Shown here piece by piece: positions 51,887 through 64,000 of a stretch of 64,000 nucleotides of DNA; positions within the stretch are counted from its first letter, which is position 1; each line of letters opens with the position of its first letter. The translations under genes and the position numbers were made by a program. The stretch comes from Spizellomyces punctatus DAOM BR117 (Eukaryota). The stretch is from NCBI GenBank assembly GCA_000182565.2, contig KQ257466.1. One strand, 5' to 3'. The notes beneath the pieces were generated by a model. That model did no database searches. It saw only the letters and a program-made list of their open reading frames with translations, and was not told where the DNA came from.

Positions 51887-54800
51887 ATGAAACGGATTCG
51901 GACAGTCGACGAGGAGTCTAGGAGCGCTTTCGTAGCCAAACAGCAGGACTCTGGATTTCCCAATGATCAGCTGAATAAACGACGGCGCACTTTGGGAATG
52001 AGTTATGGCGAGTCATCAAACGCTGGATTTGTGGAGGCCGGTGTTGTTTTGGATGTTAAGGCGACATCCGCTCTTATTTCGCATGGGAGCCCACTTTCAG
52101 GGATAGAAAACATAGCGCATGTCAGCGATCAGCAAACTGGGGGTATCGCATTACGCGCTGCCTGTGGGCAGTCGACGGAGCAGCGTTGTATTGTTATTGA
52201 CGAAGTCATGCGAGCATGGGATTCGAGTTTGGATTTGTGTAAATCCACGTTTGAAGCCTGTAAGACGATTCTGGACAAGGTTACCTTCAACATAGCTGGA
52301 AATGATATCTCACAGATGGTAAAGACAATATTTTTGCATTCATAAAGCGTCATGCATCTCAATTATCGATTCTCAGGGGAGCGAGAAATTGCATGAATGG
52401 GCAGCAGCGGCGATTTGGGTGCAATCCCATGTTGAAAAATGCCAAGTATGCCCAGACGGCACCCTCTCCGAAGCATATGGGCCACCTATGCGGATATCAA
52501 GGCTCTTAGATTGCGCCCTATTGAAGAGGTAGCTATGCACCGCAAGGTTTTTTTCTTCTCATTTGTTTAACGTGTGTTCCAACATAGGAGCAACACCCCG
52601 ATTCAGATAAAAGATCTGCCATCGCTTACGACCGAATTCAAGCTAGTTGTGACGGCACTTCAGCCCGATCTTCATCCTGTCTTATACCAGAGGTTGACGA
52701 CCGATCTCCACGTAGCAGAAACGTTACATCAAACCATTGCTCGCGCTTTTGGCCTGTTTGATAACGTATTCAGAGGGCTGCTTCGACATACAAACTCGGA
52801 GCGGATGGGACTAGCTATGGGTGATGAGTTCTTGGATGCTGTTCATCGCTTTGCGTGGATTTTTTTCTTGGTTGGTGCTGGTACGCCGTCGATCTCAATA
52901 TGAAAGATTTTGTTACCCGGAAGTATGGCTCATTGTTGCATTAGATGCACATTTCACGGTACCTTGGCCAGAAAATGACGTTGAAACGTGGTGCCTGTAC
53001 TGTGTGCTTTTTGTTGCGATCCAACTCCCGGTCGATAAGCGCAGAATGATTAGGGAAGGTGGGCTGAATGTTTTCTACAAAATGTGCAGCGGGTCTCTAT
53101 ATTTAACGCTTGCTTCAGTTTTGACGTTTGTTGGCCTTGAAAATAGGTCATCTGTTGACCAGTGCATTGCGGGCGGTGTCCAACCGGACGCCGACTGGAG
53201 AGACTATTACACTACTGTGCGAAAATGGTTCTGTGAAAAGTACAACAAGGACACCGCTCAGTTTTTGCGACATGAGCAGGACTCAATTGAGCGGGTGCTG
53301 AATGTATGTTGTCATGCAGCGACAATTATCTATCTAACCACACATAATCATCATGACGACCGCTTTTGATTTACAACAGATGCTGATACAACACAAAACG
53401 CAGCCGTTCAAGCACGAGCAAATACGAGTTCTTAACCCGCAAATACCATGGTCCATCTACGACGGTGCTTTGGACCCTGGGCGATTATTGTACAGTAATA
53501 TCGAAGATTTGAGCCGGTGGTACGATACAATATTGCTGGAGAAGCCGTATGAGTTTGATGGTAGGCTTTTCAGGCCCCTAAGTAGAACAATAGGTATGCG
53601 ATTAATTGTAATCCAATCCAACTTCTCCGCCTCGGAAAGCATAAGGAGGGCAAGGTATTGGAAGTGTACTTATGCTATATTCTTCTTTAGCCACTCCACG
53701 AAGATTTTGTAGAACGCCCCGTATGTCGGTTACGAAATCCGCGAGCTCGCGGAGCTTAAAAGCCGCATTTGAGCGGGCCAGTGTTTTCAATGTATGGTTA
53801 CGCCCAGCACACCATCTTCTGACGTTGCCCTTACGTCTCATCCTCTGAATCTACACTGTTTAGAATCTCATGGCAGCCACTCCCTACATGGCCCGCTCCA
53901 TCTCTGGAAGAGGAACAAGAGGGGCACCAACTGAAGCCGATCGACACCAGTTACAAGAGAAGTTTGCGGGGATGTTTGCGAACGATGTGGGTGTCCTAGA
54001 ACGGTTTGGATGATGAGCCCTATATTACAGACCTAACTTTCACTCTCCGCGTTCAGTCTCTAGACCAAGCCATCATTACTTGCAGACTCTTGGCCTCGTA
54101 CATATCACACACGCAGATTCGTGCCATCATAAATCGAGTGGAAACTGTGACAGGTAGCCTATGAAAACCAATGCGCCGCACTTCGGACGCAGATTATTTA
54201 CTCCGTGGTTATCTACCCTGACAGCAAATCTCCCACATGACCCAATCCGCGATGCAGCGTGGTCTTACGGTGTCAAGCTTTATTATCGACTCATGGAAGA
54301 TTTGTTGGGTAGTCCACATGCACGAACATCAAAGGTGTGTGAAACGTACAGCCACGAACCTTCTTCAAAAACGAGGCTTATTGACCAACATCTCAATGGG
54401 ACCTAGGAATTTTACCAAAAGTTGGTGGAAGATGGGCAATTCCATCGCTGCCTGCTATTTATTTCGTTGGAAATTGTTCGATACATGTACAAGGTGCAAC
54501 AGCGTCTGCATGCTAATCGAGTATCCTCATTGGTTAACCCAAACCTCTGCCGAACAGTTCGACAAACCATTCACAAATGATTTAATACATCAGACGCAAT
54601 GTCATGTTGTGGTGTTGGCGATGATGCTAAAGTTGGTGCAGCAAGGCGATTTTTGGGTATGTGAGAACTGCATCCAGAGCTTACACACGTACGGATGTTC
54701 ATCAAAAGTTCGGGTGTAGTTGCCTGGGTGGATGAGCAAGCGACTAGTAGAGATCGAAGAGCGAGTGCTGGAGACGGAGTTGTGGAAGTGCAGAAGATTC

Positions 54801-55936
54801 TATCCCATGCTGCGGGCTGCGGCCGGTGAGCGGTGCGATGGTGAGTTCGGCGATACGACTATTTCTGCTCCTTCAATGAAAAAATATTTATACGCCGACG
54901 GCTTATTCCAGATGGAGCGTCACCAATGATACCGAAAACTGCGGCTTTCTACGGCTCTAAAATAAACCCCACTGAGTCGTCCGTACCAGGCGAAATCAAA
55001 GGCATTCAGGTGCGCTCAAATTGAGCACTATCCAGCGAATAGGAAGACAACTAATAGCACAGATCTTCAACAGTGTCTTTTAAGCCAAGCAACTCTTATG
55101 TCGATTGTGCGCCTGCGTCATCTTTGCACCGCACTTCACCTCTCTCCCGACACCGCACAGAAACTCCTCGAATGGGGCTTCAAGCACGAGCACAGGCATC
55201 ACTTGCTTCAGAATCGCCATGTGGATGTGTACGTTATGGCATGTGTGTACGCTGCCGCAAAAATGGAGGGGAAAATTATGACCTTCAAAAGTGTGGTAGA
55301 GGGATATAGAAAGCAGCCGCAGTTTGATGAGAAGGTAAGCTTGTATTTGATGGTCCCTGTCGACATGAGCGGAATCAGATAATAATTGTATCAACCAGAC
55401 GGCCACCTCCATCTATATTTCGCAATCTGAGCCTTCCGTGGACTTGATAACTTATTACAATCGTGTCTTCCTTCCGATTCTGCGAACGTATATGAACTCC
55501 ATTGATGTGAGTAACTAAACAGTCAGCTTTCCATGTGCATTTCCTAAACAACAAACTCTAGACCAACTCCCGAGCTGCTCAGTCGACAACCACCACAACA
55601 GCAACCACAACCATCGCAAATGCAAGTGCACCAGTACCACCACCAGCAATAGTACCGTCTCCTTCGCACCACCGCCTATCTGCCCTGCGCCCACCGATCG
55701 ACTCATCAGTCCCCACCATGACACCTCGCACACGACGCTACTGCGCAACGGAGAGCCCTTTGACAACCGGACGGGTATGTTTCAATACGTAAAGAGAACC
55801 GAGTAATATTCCTGATTTATCATTTTTGCAGAGAGATTTGGGATCAAGTAGAGGCCCCGTTACCTCCATGCGTCGTCTGTTCGGTGCCGACGGTCGTCCA
55901 CCGCGACTCCCGGACTCTAGACCTCCCCGGGGTTGA
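51887..55936 (+). CDS. Retinoblastoma-family pocket protein, multi-exon
   Basis: Pocket A FHRCLLFISLEIV and RLVEIEERVLETELW. Pocket B RLRHLC...LLQNRHVDVYVMACVYAAAK...FKSVVEGYRKQPQ and DLITYYNRVFLP. C-terminal MTPRTR...ESP and RRLFG. Confidence 0.85.
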
Positions 55937-56193
55937 TGCCCTTGTGTCACAGAAGGTCATGAAAAGCATTTGGAATCCATTGATACAGGCGTCTTGACTG
56001 CGTAGAACTTCTAGTGAGAAGAAATGGTCAGTGCCGGCATAGATTTAAGTTATTATGGTGGAAGTAGGAACGGAAGGGAAATGGGAATCTGTGATCAATG
56101 TAAGTATGATTAAAGTGACAACAATGTTATGAGCAAGATCTCTGTTACAATAGTATATTATACATAAAAACAACGTGTGTCCTAGAAAGATGG

Positions 56194-58619
56194 TTACTTG
56201 TGGCTTCTAGCTGCTTCTTCTAGTAGTCTTGCTTGAAGTTTGCTGCCACCGCCTCCTGTAATGCATCCAAATGTCCCAAGCTGGGGGTGTTGTTGCGCCT
56301 GCATGGCCTTTTTGCGCTTTTCCCCTATGAAAGGACTTTCTGGCTCTGTCAATTTCTTGGTGGATGGTTTGACATTCAGCGGTTTCATTTTATCGTACAA
56401 AACTGGCTGCGCTTTATGAACTTGTTGCTTACGGAGGAGCCGTATTTGTTCTTTCTCGCGTTCCTATTTTACGGAGGTCAATATTCAGCCTTACTTTATC
56501 CCTGATCGTAATAGTGTCATAGGCAGACTACAGACCTCGTCATCTTTTGCCATCTCTTCCCTCATCTTTTGTTCGATAGCCTCTCTCTGTTTTCGTGACT
56601 CTTCAAACGCCCGCCTCTCCTCGGCCCTTACGTCCGTGTGCAACAGCACGTTTTCCACATCTGTAAGCGGGCGATTTGAAGGCTGTGGAATGAAAGGGTC
56701 CAAACATGGGAGAGGATTCGCCCGAAATTGCCTCATCCGCTCCTGTTCTCTTAGTTCCCGCTCTCGCTTCTCTTCGATGGTAAGACGCGCAAAGGAGCCG
56801 CGAATTTCTGTTTCAAGATTGAAGGGCTGAGGGTTGGTTATTGGGCGGTGAGGGACGGATGGAAGAGGCTTTGCATGAACATGTCAATGAATCAGGTCCA
56901 AGATTTGCAGAAACCGAGAGCGATCACCCTTCAAGACTCACATCAGGCTCATCATAAGGCAAAGGGTAGGCGCGGAACTGTTTCGCGCGCTCCTCTTCCT
57001 CTTTCTCTCGTTTGACCCGTTCCTCAAATTCAATTTTTTTTCTTCTGCTAATCTCATCCCCTGGGAGCGAGAATTCGGGTGGCACGATGACACGATGTTC
57101 GACCACAGGCTCAAACGGCTGAAAGATCTTTTTAGGAATAGGATTCGCCTTTACTATTCTCGGTGGTGAGGGTTCAGGAGCCGGTGGTGGTCGGGGTTTT
57201 GTAATAGCAGGCGACTGAGGAATGGTGGGTGCTGATTTGGGAACGGCAGGAACACCAATTGGACGGTCGGAGGCCAGGATCTTACGGTCAACAGGCTTTG
57301 CCTTGAACGGCTGGATCTTGGCCAATTCCGCCAGCTCTTGTTCTTCTCGACTCGGAACGCTAAGGATCAACAGTAGGTCAGTGTTGAAGTTTTGTATAGC
57401 TACTAAATATACATACGTATGCGTCTTCTTCCGTAGCTTTGTGAGCAAATACGGTGATCGTGGTTTGGTCATTCTTACATGCCCCCTCCAAGGAGATGAC
57501 ACCTACAGAGTAGATTCACCCCAGGGTTAGCCAAAACTCCATTCTTTCAAAGCGTCCGTGTGTTACCGCAGAAAAGACCTTTGCAGGTCCCGGCTTAGCC
57601 TTGAATCTCTCGGGTACATTCGCCTCGAAAGACTTCACTTTCACTGCCAACGGAACGTACGGGGATTTTGGCTGGGTCACGTCGTTTGCCAACGTTCGTA
57701 GAGTAGAATGAAAATTGAAAGGTCTGGGGACTGTCATTCCATTCATTCGCTTTATTGGCTTCTTTTTCTGAAACAGACAATGCGCGTAAGTTACTGGTTC
57801 CCTGAGATCATGAACAAGCGATGTCTTACCTGTACTCCGCCAGGAGACCGCATCCCCAACCCGTCCTTAGTTCTTAACCTTGAAGCAAAGCTAAACTCCT
57901 TTGGTACTGTAAGTCCCCTGCGTTTCTGCGTCTGATTCATTTTCTCAGCGACAGGTTTTCCTTCACGGGGTTTAGTGTCCCGTGCCTTGGTTCTTTCTGG
58001 CTTAACAGATTCATCGGCAGATGACGATGACGATGACAATCGCTGATTCGCAGATGCGAAGGGGTTTGCGAAGTTGCTAGCGCTCGTGTTTTGCTTACAT
58101 TCGGGTTGAGTCAACCCAAGATTTGCCAGAAACTGGCTGGCTTTCGGTGTCGACTCTTGTACAGAAAATTCTTCGTGAAATTCGTCGTCGCCCTCGTTGT
58201 GATGATTATCTTCCGCAAATATCGTGCTTGCAGGAGTTGTGATACGTGCGTCTGCGGCCCCGCCAAAGTCAATGGCTGTTAAAATCTGATTGACATTGAC
58301 TGACTGGGCTCCCCATAAAAAGAATTTCCCGGCAGTCGCTATATATTGTGATTGGGGAAACAGGTTACGTACCAAACCAACTATCAATGCCAGTTTCGCT
58401 CTCCTCTTTCAAGAAATCATGAAATTGAGGAGCGTTAAATTCATAATTTGCATCCGTATCATCGCTCCCAACCGTCCTTTGCTCGGCCGCTTCGGCAAAC
58501 AGATTAGATCCTGTAGTTTCCTTCGGAAGGCGTGCGTGGATAACGGGATAAAGCGATAGGGTTTTCAGTGGACGTGGTGTGAGGGAGCTTCTACGTGGAG
58601 GTTTAGGTCGAGGCGTCAT
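56194..58619 (-). CDS. TPX2: TPX2-like spindle assembly factor, multi-exon
   Basis: N-terminal YEFNAPQFHDF...IDSWF, followed by repeated LTxPxxF/P and FKAxP/FRAxP motifs. Confidence 0.82.
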
Positions 58620-59093
58620 TGAGATTTTAAACGACTTTATTAAAGAGGAAGGCACCCCTTCTCCTTGGCTAGTTACAAAACGATAGAGAAAATGGGTGGA
58701 GGGGTTGATCTCGATACTCGTTTTCCTGCAGCCCCAGGAACACCTTCAAAGATCGTAGGAAACGCGGCAGGACGCGCCTTCGGACAAACCGAGTGGAAAC
58801 TGCTTTCGGACTTTGCTTATGTAATCAGGCAACCCTTTGGTTGTCCCGCCGGTCCCAATTCTAGATCTGAACATCCCGAGCCGTTTTCACATCAGTCGCA
58901 ATGATAATCAAGACATAGTAGCAGCTTGTGGAGAGGTATAAAAGACAAGAAACACACTATAGTACTATACAATCCCACAATTCCCTCTATTACCCCAACC
59001 GGGCATGTCCAAGATTAAACTAATAAACGCCAACATCCAAAAAAAAAAATCAATATTTCACGTTGAATCCATATCTGCCGCTGCAAAACTTCT

Positions 59094-61768
59094 TCAGGTC
59101 CAGTCTCGTCCTGATGCACTGTCTCGATGCATTAACACATTCCGCGCGAGCTTTGGGGGTGACATTGGGGGGAGCGGTGGGTCGTTGAATGATTGAACGG
59201 CAATGCGTGACGACGGTATGCGCGCTTCCGCACTAGCGCTAATGGCTAGGTCATCTAGCGAATGGCTTCGTGTTTTATTATTGGCGCTATGTAAAGTGAC
59301 ATTTAAGTTCATTAGAGGAGAAAGTATGAATCAGGTGGATTCCTCATTCTACGTACGCTTGAAAGAACCCCTTCAAGCCCCACTTTGCTGACAGCCGCGC
59401 AAAAAGCGTCTGGCTTTTGCTCTTCCCTCTTTCACTTTGTACGCTGTCAGCGTACCCACTTTGTTCCACCACTCGTTTGAGCTCAAAGAAGTTGGGCAAC
59501 ACCCCCGCGCTCTCTTCTGGTGTGAGGTAACATAATTGCTCTTCCAGTTCGCGTTCAATCTTGGGAAGGGATTTGCCCAGATAGATGTAAAAGTTTGCTG
59601 TATCTACTAGGTCCCCCGAGAGTGTTCGGGGGTATTTTAGGTTTGCGGAGCGGGGGCTCTCGGGACCTTTTAGTGATGGCATTGATCGGGAGAGTGCTTT
59701 GTTGATATTTGTGGAAGTGGCGTTCGATGACAATAAGTGTCCTGATCTGGTTACTTCTACGTCTTCCAGCTGTGCGTGACAATGGAAGAATAGCATTAGC
59801 ACCATTCAATCTGGCTATTTTCCATGCTAAAATGGTCACACTAACCACATCCCGGGCGCTCTCGTCCTGGTCAAATTTCTCATCCAACGATGCAAATGTC
59901 AGGAAATCTTTGATCTTTTCACGATTTTCTCGTAGAAAGTGATTCAAGGCCATAAGATACTGCTCTTTGTTGCCAAAATCCACATCATTGCACATGGCTG
60001 TCAAAATCTTGCCACATAGTACGAGACCACGGCGTGCGGAAGGTGAGATTTTGCCTTCAACTAGACCGTAAGTATCCGGGGCCGTGATTGCTACAAAGCG
60101 AACCCTTGGTATGAACAAGAATTTAAATGGCAGCTGCATCGAAGATGTCACTTTACCTGGCACAAAAAATCGGAGGAAGAGGAAAGATCCCACGACCTTC
60201 TCAGATACAGATAGATATCCCACTGACTTTGCACTTGCAAAAGAACCTCTGCTCGCGGCCGGGAGCTTCGGAACGAAGGCGCGTTCGGAAAGACCTCTTG
60301 ATCGAAATACCTCTGATCCTGAGGTGTCTTGCCTTGGTCGAAATACCTCCGATCCTGAGGTGTCAGTCCCTAGTGATGGATGCGAATCCTTCCGTCCATT
60401 CGGCCATGAATTCATTGATTCTGGACTTTTTATTCGACCTTGAGATTGCCGCTTTTCGAAACTACCAAGTTCCTGCCCGGTACTGCCGCTTCTGACATGA
60501 GACTTACTGGTGGACCTTTTGTTAGACTGGGATGGGCGCCGGGACGTAGGAGAGGAGTGGAGAAGCTCCACACTTCCTGTCCTTCGCATAGGGCCTGTGA
60601 AATCCTCCTCCCCTTCCTTGGTGCTCGCGCTACTCGTTGATCCACGATGTTTTCTTCGACCGAAAAGGCGGAATCCTTCACCTTTTGATGGAAGTGGATT
60701 CATGTCATCTTTTAATGACTGACTTCGAGTGAAGGACTGAGAACGCCGTGTTTCTGTCGGGCCAAGTTTTTCTGCTGAATCAGTTAGTATCGCCGAGCGC
60801 TCCTTTGGCGGTTTGTCCTTCAACGAATCGCGCGACTCTGACCGAGAGGTCATAATCGTCCCGCCTTCCGCCAAATGTGAACCACCCACTGGCTCTGCCA
60901 TTTCCGCTTTCGAACCACCCTGTCTGACCGTAAATGTCGGTGTCCACCCCCCCTCGTATATCTCATCCACCGTGGCTCGCAGAAAATGGCACATCCTCTT
61001 TAGCGTCACTGGCATCTGTTCCTTTTTCTCCACGATGGATGTGAGGAGCCGTGAGCAGGCGCTTTTGAGTCGGGATTCATTCTCCGCTAACAGTTCTTGG
61101 ACAGTGAATTGATCCATGTCTGGCGGAAACTTTTGAGGATCAATTTCGCACCCGTCAATGAAGGGGAGGATGTCACGAAGCGGTTCTGTGAGAGATTGAC
61201 CGAGGTAGTGTAGACCTTCGTACCGAGCGAATGCATTGAGGAGCATGGTGGCCATACTGGATAAATACATATTTAGTTATAAGCACCGATGGCAAAAGGC
61301 TCCTATAGCGAACTACCTGTTATCTCGTATTATATCGCTCAAATCTCTGCTCTTGATCACTGAACGCGGAGATAGTCTTAATGCCTGCAAGCGGCTTCAA
61401 ATATCTTTTTGTTCAGGCATTTACTTACAATACCCCTGTATTCGTGACCGCAGCAATCTCTTCAAGAATGCCTCTGTTCCTCTCTCGCGCTGTCTTCTCA
61501 ACAATGACAATACGCCCAACGACACGCTTGCAGCTGTATCTCCCACAAAGGTAGCCTGACATATCAATGCGAGGAGGTTGGCGTTATTGGCGAGGAGAAG
61601 GTCGGCTATACGTTGATCAGCCGACACGGCCTATGTGAGAATGCCAGGAATCAGATGTGCGTGCAGATCGGTTGAGCATTAGTGATATTCTACCGTCTTG
61701 TCCGACAGATTTTCCAGACTCCTACTTCCAAGCTTTGACCGCCCCGTTGTTCCCCCCTTGTGACGCAT
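59094..61768 (-). CDS. Ras GTPase-activating protein (RasGAP), multi-exon
   Basis: SMATMLLNAFAR, CEIDP and GSFLFLRFFVP|AITAPDTYGL...RRGLVLCGKIL...FGNKEQYLMALNHFL. Confidence 0.85.
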
Positions 61769-62698
61769 TCACGGAATTATCGCACGCTGACGGAGGGAAT
61801 GGAGGACGAAAGCGGAACCTGTCCAGCGACAATGAGCCTGTGTGCAGTTGCCTGATCGTCAGCTTATTGTCGAGATTGCACAGGAAAGTCTGTCATGAAC
61901 TAGCAAGCTTCTTTTTCGCTAAATGGAAACCTGGATGTACGTTCTCAAAGCTAATGCGTCGTAGTATTTGGATTTTCGGATTAAAGTTGCCAAACAGAAC
62001 TACTGTTATTGTGTGGACAAGCTGCTCTTATTGTCGAAACTGAGATGCGCGAACGGCTCTTCAGATTACTGCATCCGCTATTAAGCTATTCATAGAAACC
62101 TTGGATGAGGGTCATTCATTTTTGATTCACTGAGTATAATGGGATCCGATCGTAGTCCCCACTGCATAATATAAGTAGCACCGCCAGGCTCCCAAGGGGC
62201 GACAGTAAAACTGGATGTTGCTGGAAACGGGATCCGGAGTGATACCATTGGAGATGATAAACCACGGAGGGACATATCCCGGTGCATGGTAGTGCATATC
62301 ACGAGCACATATCAGGATCAGGATTCCATAGGTCGGTCGCATTAGTGTCCAAATGTTTGACCTAGAACCATGTAAACGAACGCTTTTTCTGTTGGGTTAA
62401 CTCTCCATCTCGAGCATCGACCGTTTGCATAGAATCATAGAATCCATGAGACCGTCAAAGTTCAAAGTCGTTATCAACACTTCTAAAGTTGATGATTGAC
62501 TTTGATGTAAAATGGCCTGCTCCAGTTCGTTGAGCAGGATAGAATGTCCGCTAGCATATTTCCATGGGCAGCGGACAAACAAAAACCACAGAATATCGAT
62601 GGAAAGGGCGAGTTTTAGAGGTCACTCGGTCTCCTTGTGCGTTAAAACACTGGATTTGATGCAGGACGCGCCGTCAAAACCCAGCAGAACAACACTGC

Positions 62699-64000
62699 AT
62701 GCTCCTTGATGGATTTTCGCAATTTATCTACCAACCCCTTTCCCATCTCTTACAACCACGGATATTTTGCAGCTGTGCTCTCAAGGCTGCAGCTATGACC
62801 ACTTCTTCACCTCTACGAAGATCTACCCGACTTGTAGTGCAGCAAGTAACAACCAAGACGATGCAGTCTGTGGCCCCGGAGACAGCAGAGGTTAAAGGTG
62901 AACGACGACGAGTTGCATCAAAGGCAGTGTCCTACAAAATTGAGGAAGTAGACGACGTGGAAGAAAGAACTGGTGCCCCCGAGACCGGCACCGAGCAAAA
63001 GAGATGGCCAAAGCAGGAGAACAACAAAAATGGGCAGGAAGACAAGCCATTGAAGCGGCGAAGGAAGAGGGCGGAGGCGGTAGATGCTATAGATGGCGAT
63101 GAGGTGAAAATGCCAGATGATGATCTAAAGACGAAGCGTCAAAAGCACCGAAACAAGGGTATCAGTGATGACAAAGATATGGTAGCATCAGGTGAACCAA
63201 CGGAAGCAGAGAAGGAGAAACCAGCGAAACGCCGAGTCACAAAAGCAAAGAGTACGGCAAATGAAGAGGATGAGAAAAGCATCAAAAAGCCCAAAAAGCC
63301 AAAGGTGGAAAAGACCATTGAAATTCCTGACATGGATACCGAATATATGTGGGCCCGTGCCAAAGCATGCAAAAAGTACGTCGGTGCGCATGTGAGTGCC
63401 GCCGGTGGAAGTCATAATGCGGTTATCACCAGTACCAAAATAGGGTATGAGCGCTCCCTTTATTTCCACAGAACCTTGTTAATATCTTTGTATCAGTGGT
63501 ACATGTTTTGCGCTCTTTGTCAAAAACCAACGCAGATGGGAATCCCCACCAACTCCTGGCTCACAAGTGGAAGCGTTCGCCAAAGCTTGCCCTCTGGCTG
63601 GCTTCTGTCCCAAGACACATGTCCTACCACATGGGTCTTATTTAGTTAATCTGGCGAACTATGAGGATGAAAGGGCCACGCAAGCTTTCAATGGCTTTGT
63701 GGACGAATTGAAACGATGCGAAGAGCTTGGGATCGGATTATACAACTTCCAGTTGAGTATCGTTGAGGCAGTGATTTTAAGAATATTGACATCTTAGCCC
63801 TAATGGNNNNNNNNNNNNNNNNNNNNNNNNNNNNNNNNNNNNNNNNNNNNNNNNNNNNNNNNNNNNNNNNNNNNNNNNNNNNNNNNNNNNNNNNNNNNNN
63901 NNNNNNNNNNNNNNGGGTGGGAATATGTCTCGACACTTGTCATATGTTTGCAGCAGGTACATGAACAGCATCTGAGCATGCGCGGGACTATATTCTTAAT
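62699..64000 (+). CDS. APN1: Apurinic/apyrimidinic endonuclease (endonuclease IV family), truncated by gap and window end
   Basis: KKYVGAHVSAAGG, VLPHGSYLVNLAN and DELKRCEELGIGLYNFH motifs after a long Lys/Glu-rich N-terminal extension. Confidence 0.88.
63807..63913. other. Assembly gap
   Basis: Run of n. Confidence 1.

Noticed and set aside
60302-60364. 36-bp-period duplication (DTSGSEVFR twice) in the RasGAP gene
   Set aside because: An ordinary in-frame slippage repeat in a disordered region.

Overview
Gene-dense eukaryotic DNA with many short GT-AG introns. Gene content and a Fanzor locus suggest a chytrid fungus, most likely Spizellomyces punctatus or a close relative (inference from recalled family sequences; no search was run). 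The main feature is an intronless Fanzor1 (eukaryotic TnpB-derived RNA-guided nuclease) ORF at 25721-27607 (-). Directly downstream is a 74-nt omegaRNA scaffold/right end (25633-25706). A perfect second copy of the terminal 30 nt lies 44 nt further on (25559-25588), giving a repeat-spacer-repeat layout. No matching inverted terminus is visible upstream, where tandem repeats sit instead. The rest of the window holds a Cla4/PAK kinase, F-box/LRR, DUF4202-like, BAR-SH3, repeat+ParB-like, TM-SH3, a chitin synthase-like gene with altered catalytic motifs, IMPACT/YigZ, a Zn2Cys6 factor, CBS, an LKB1-like kinase, NOC3, an opsin-like GPCR, WDR26/GID7, RPS3, an Rb-family pocket protein, TPX2, RasGAP and APN1. 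There are also four tRNA genes and two assembly gaps. Spliced-gene coordinates are outer bounds read by eye.
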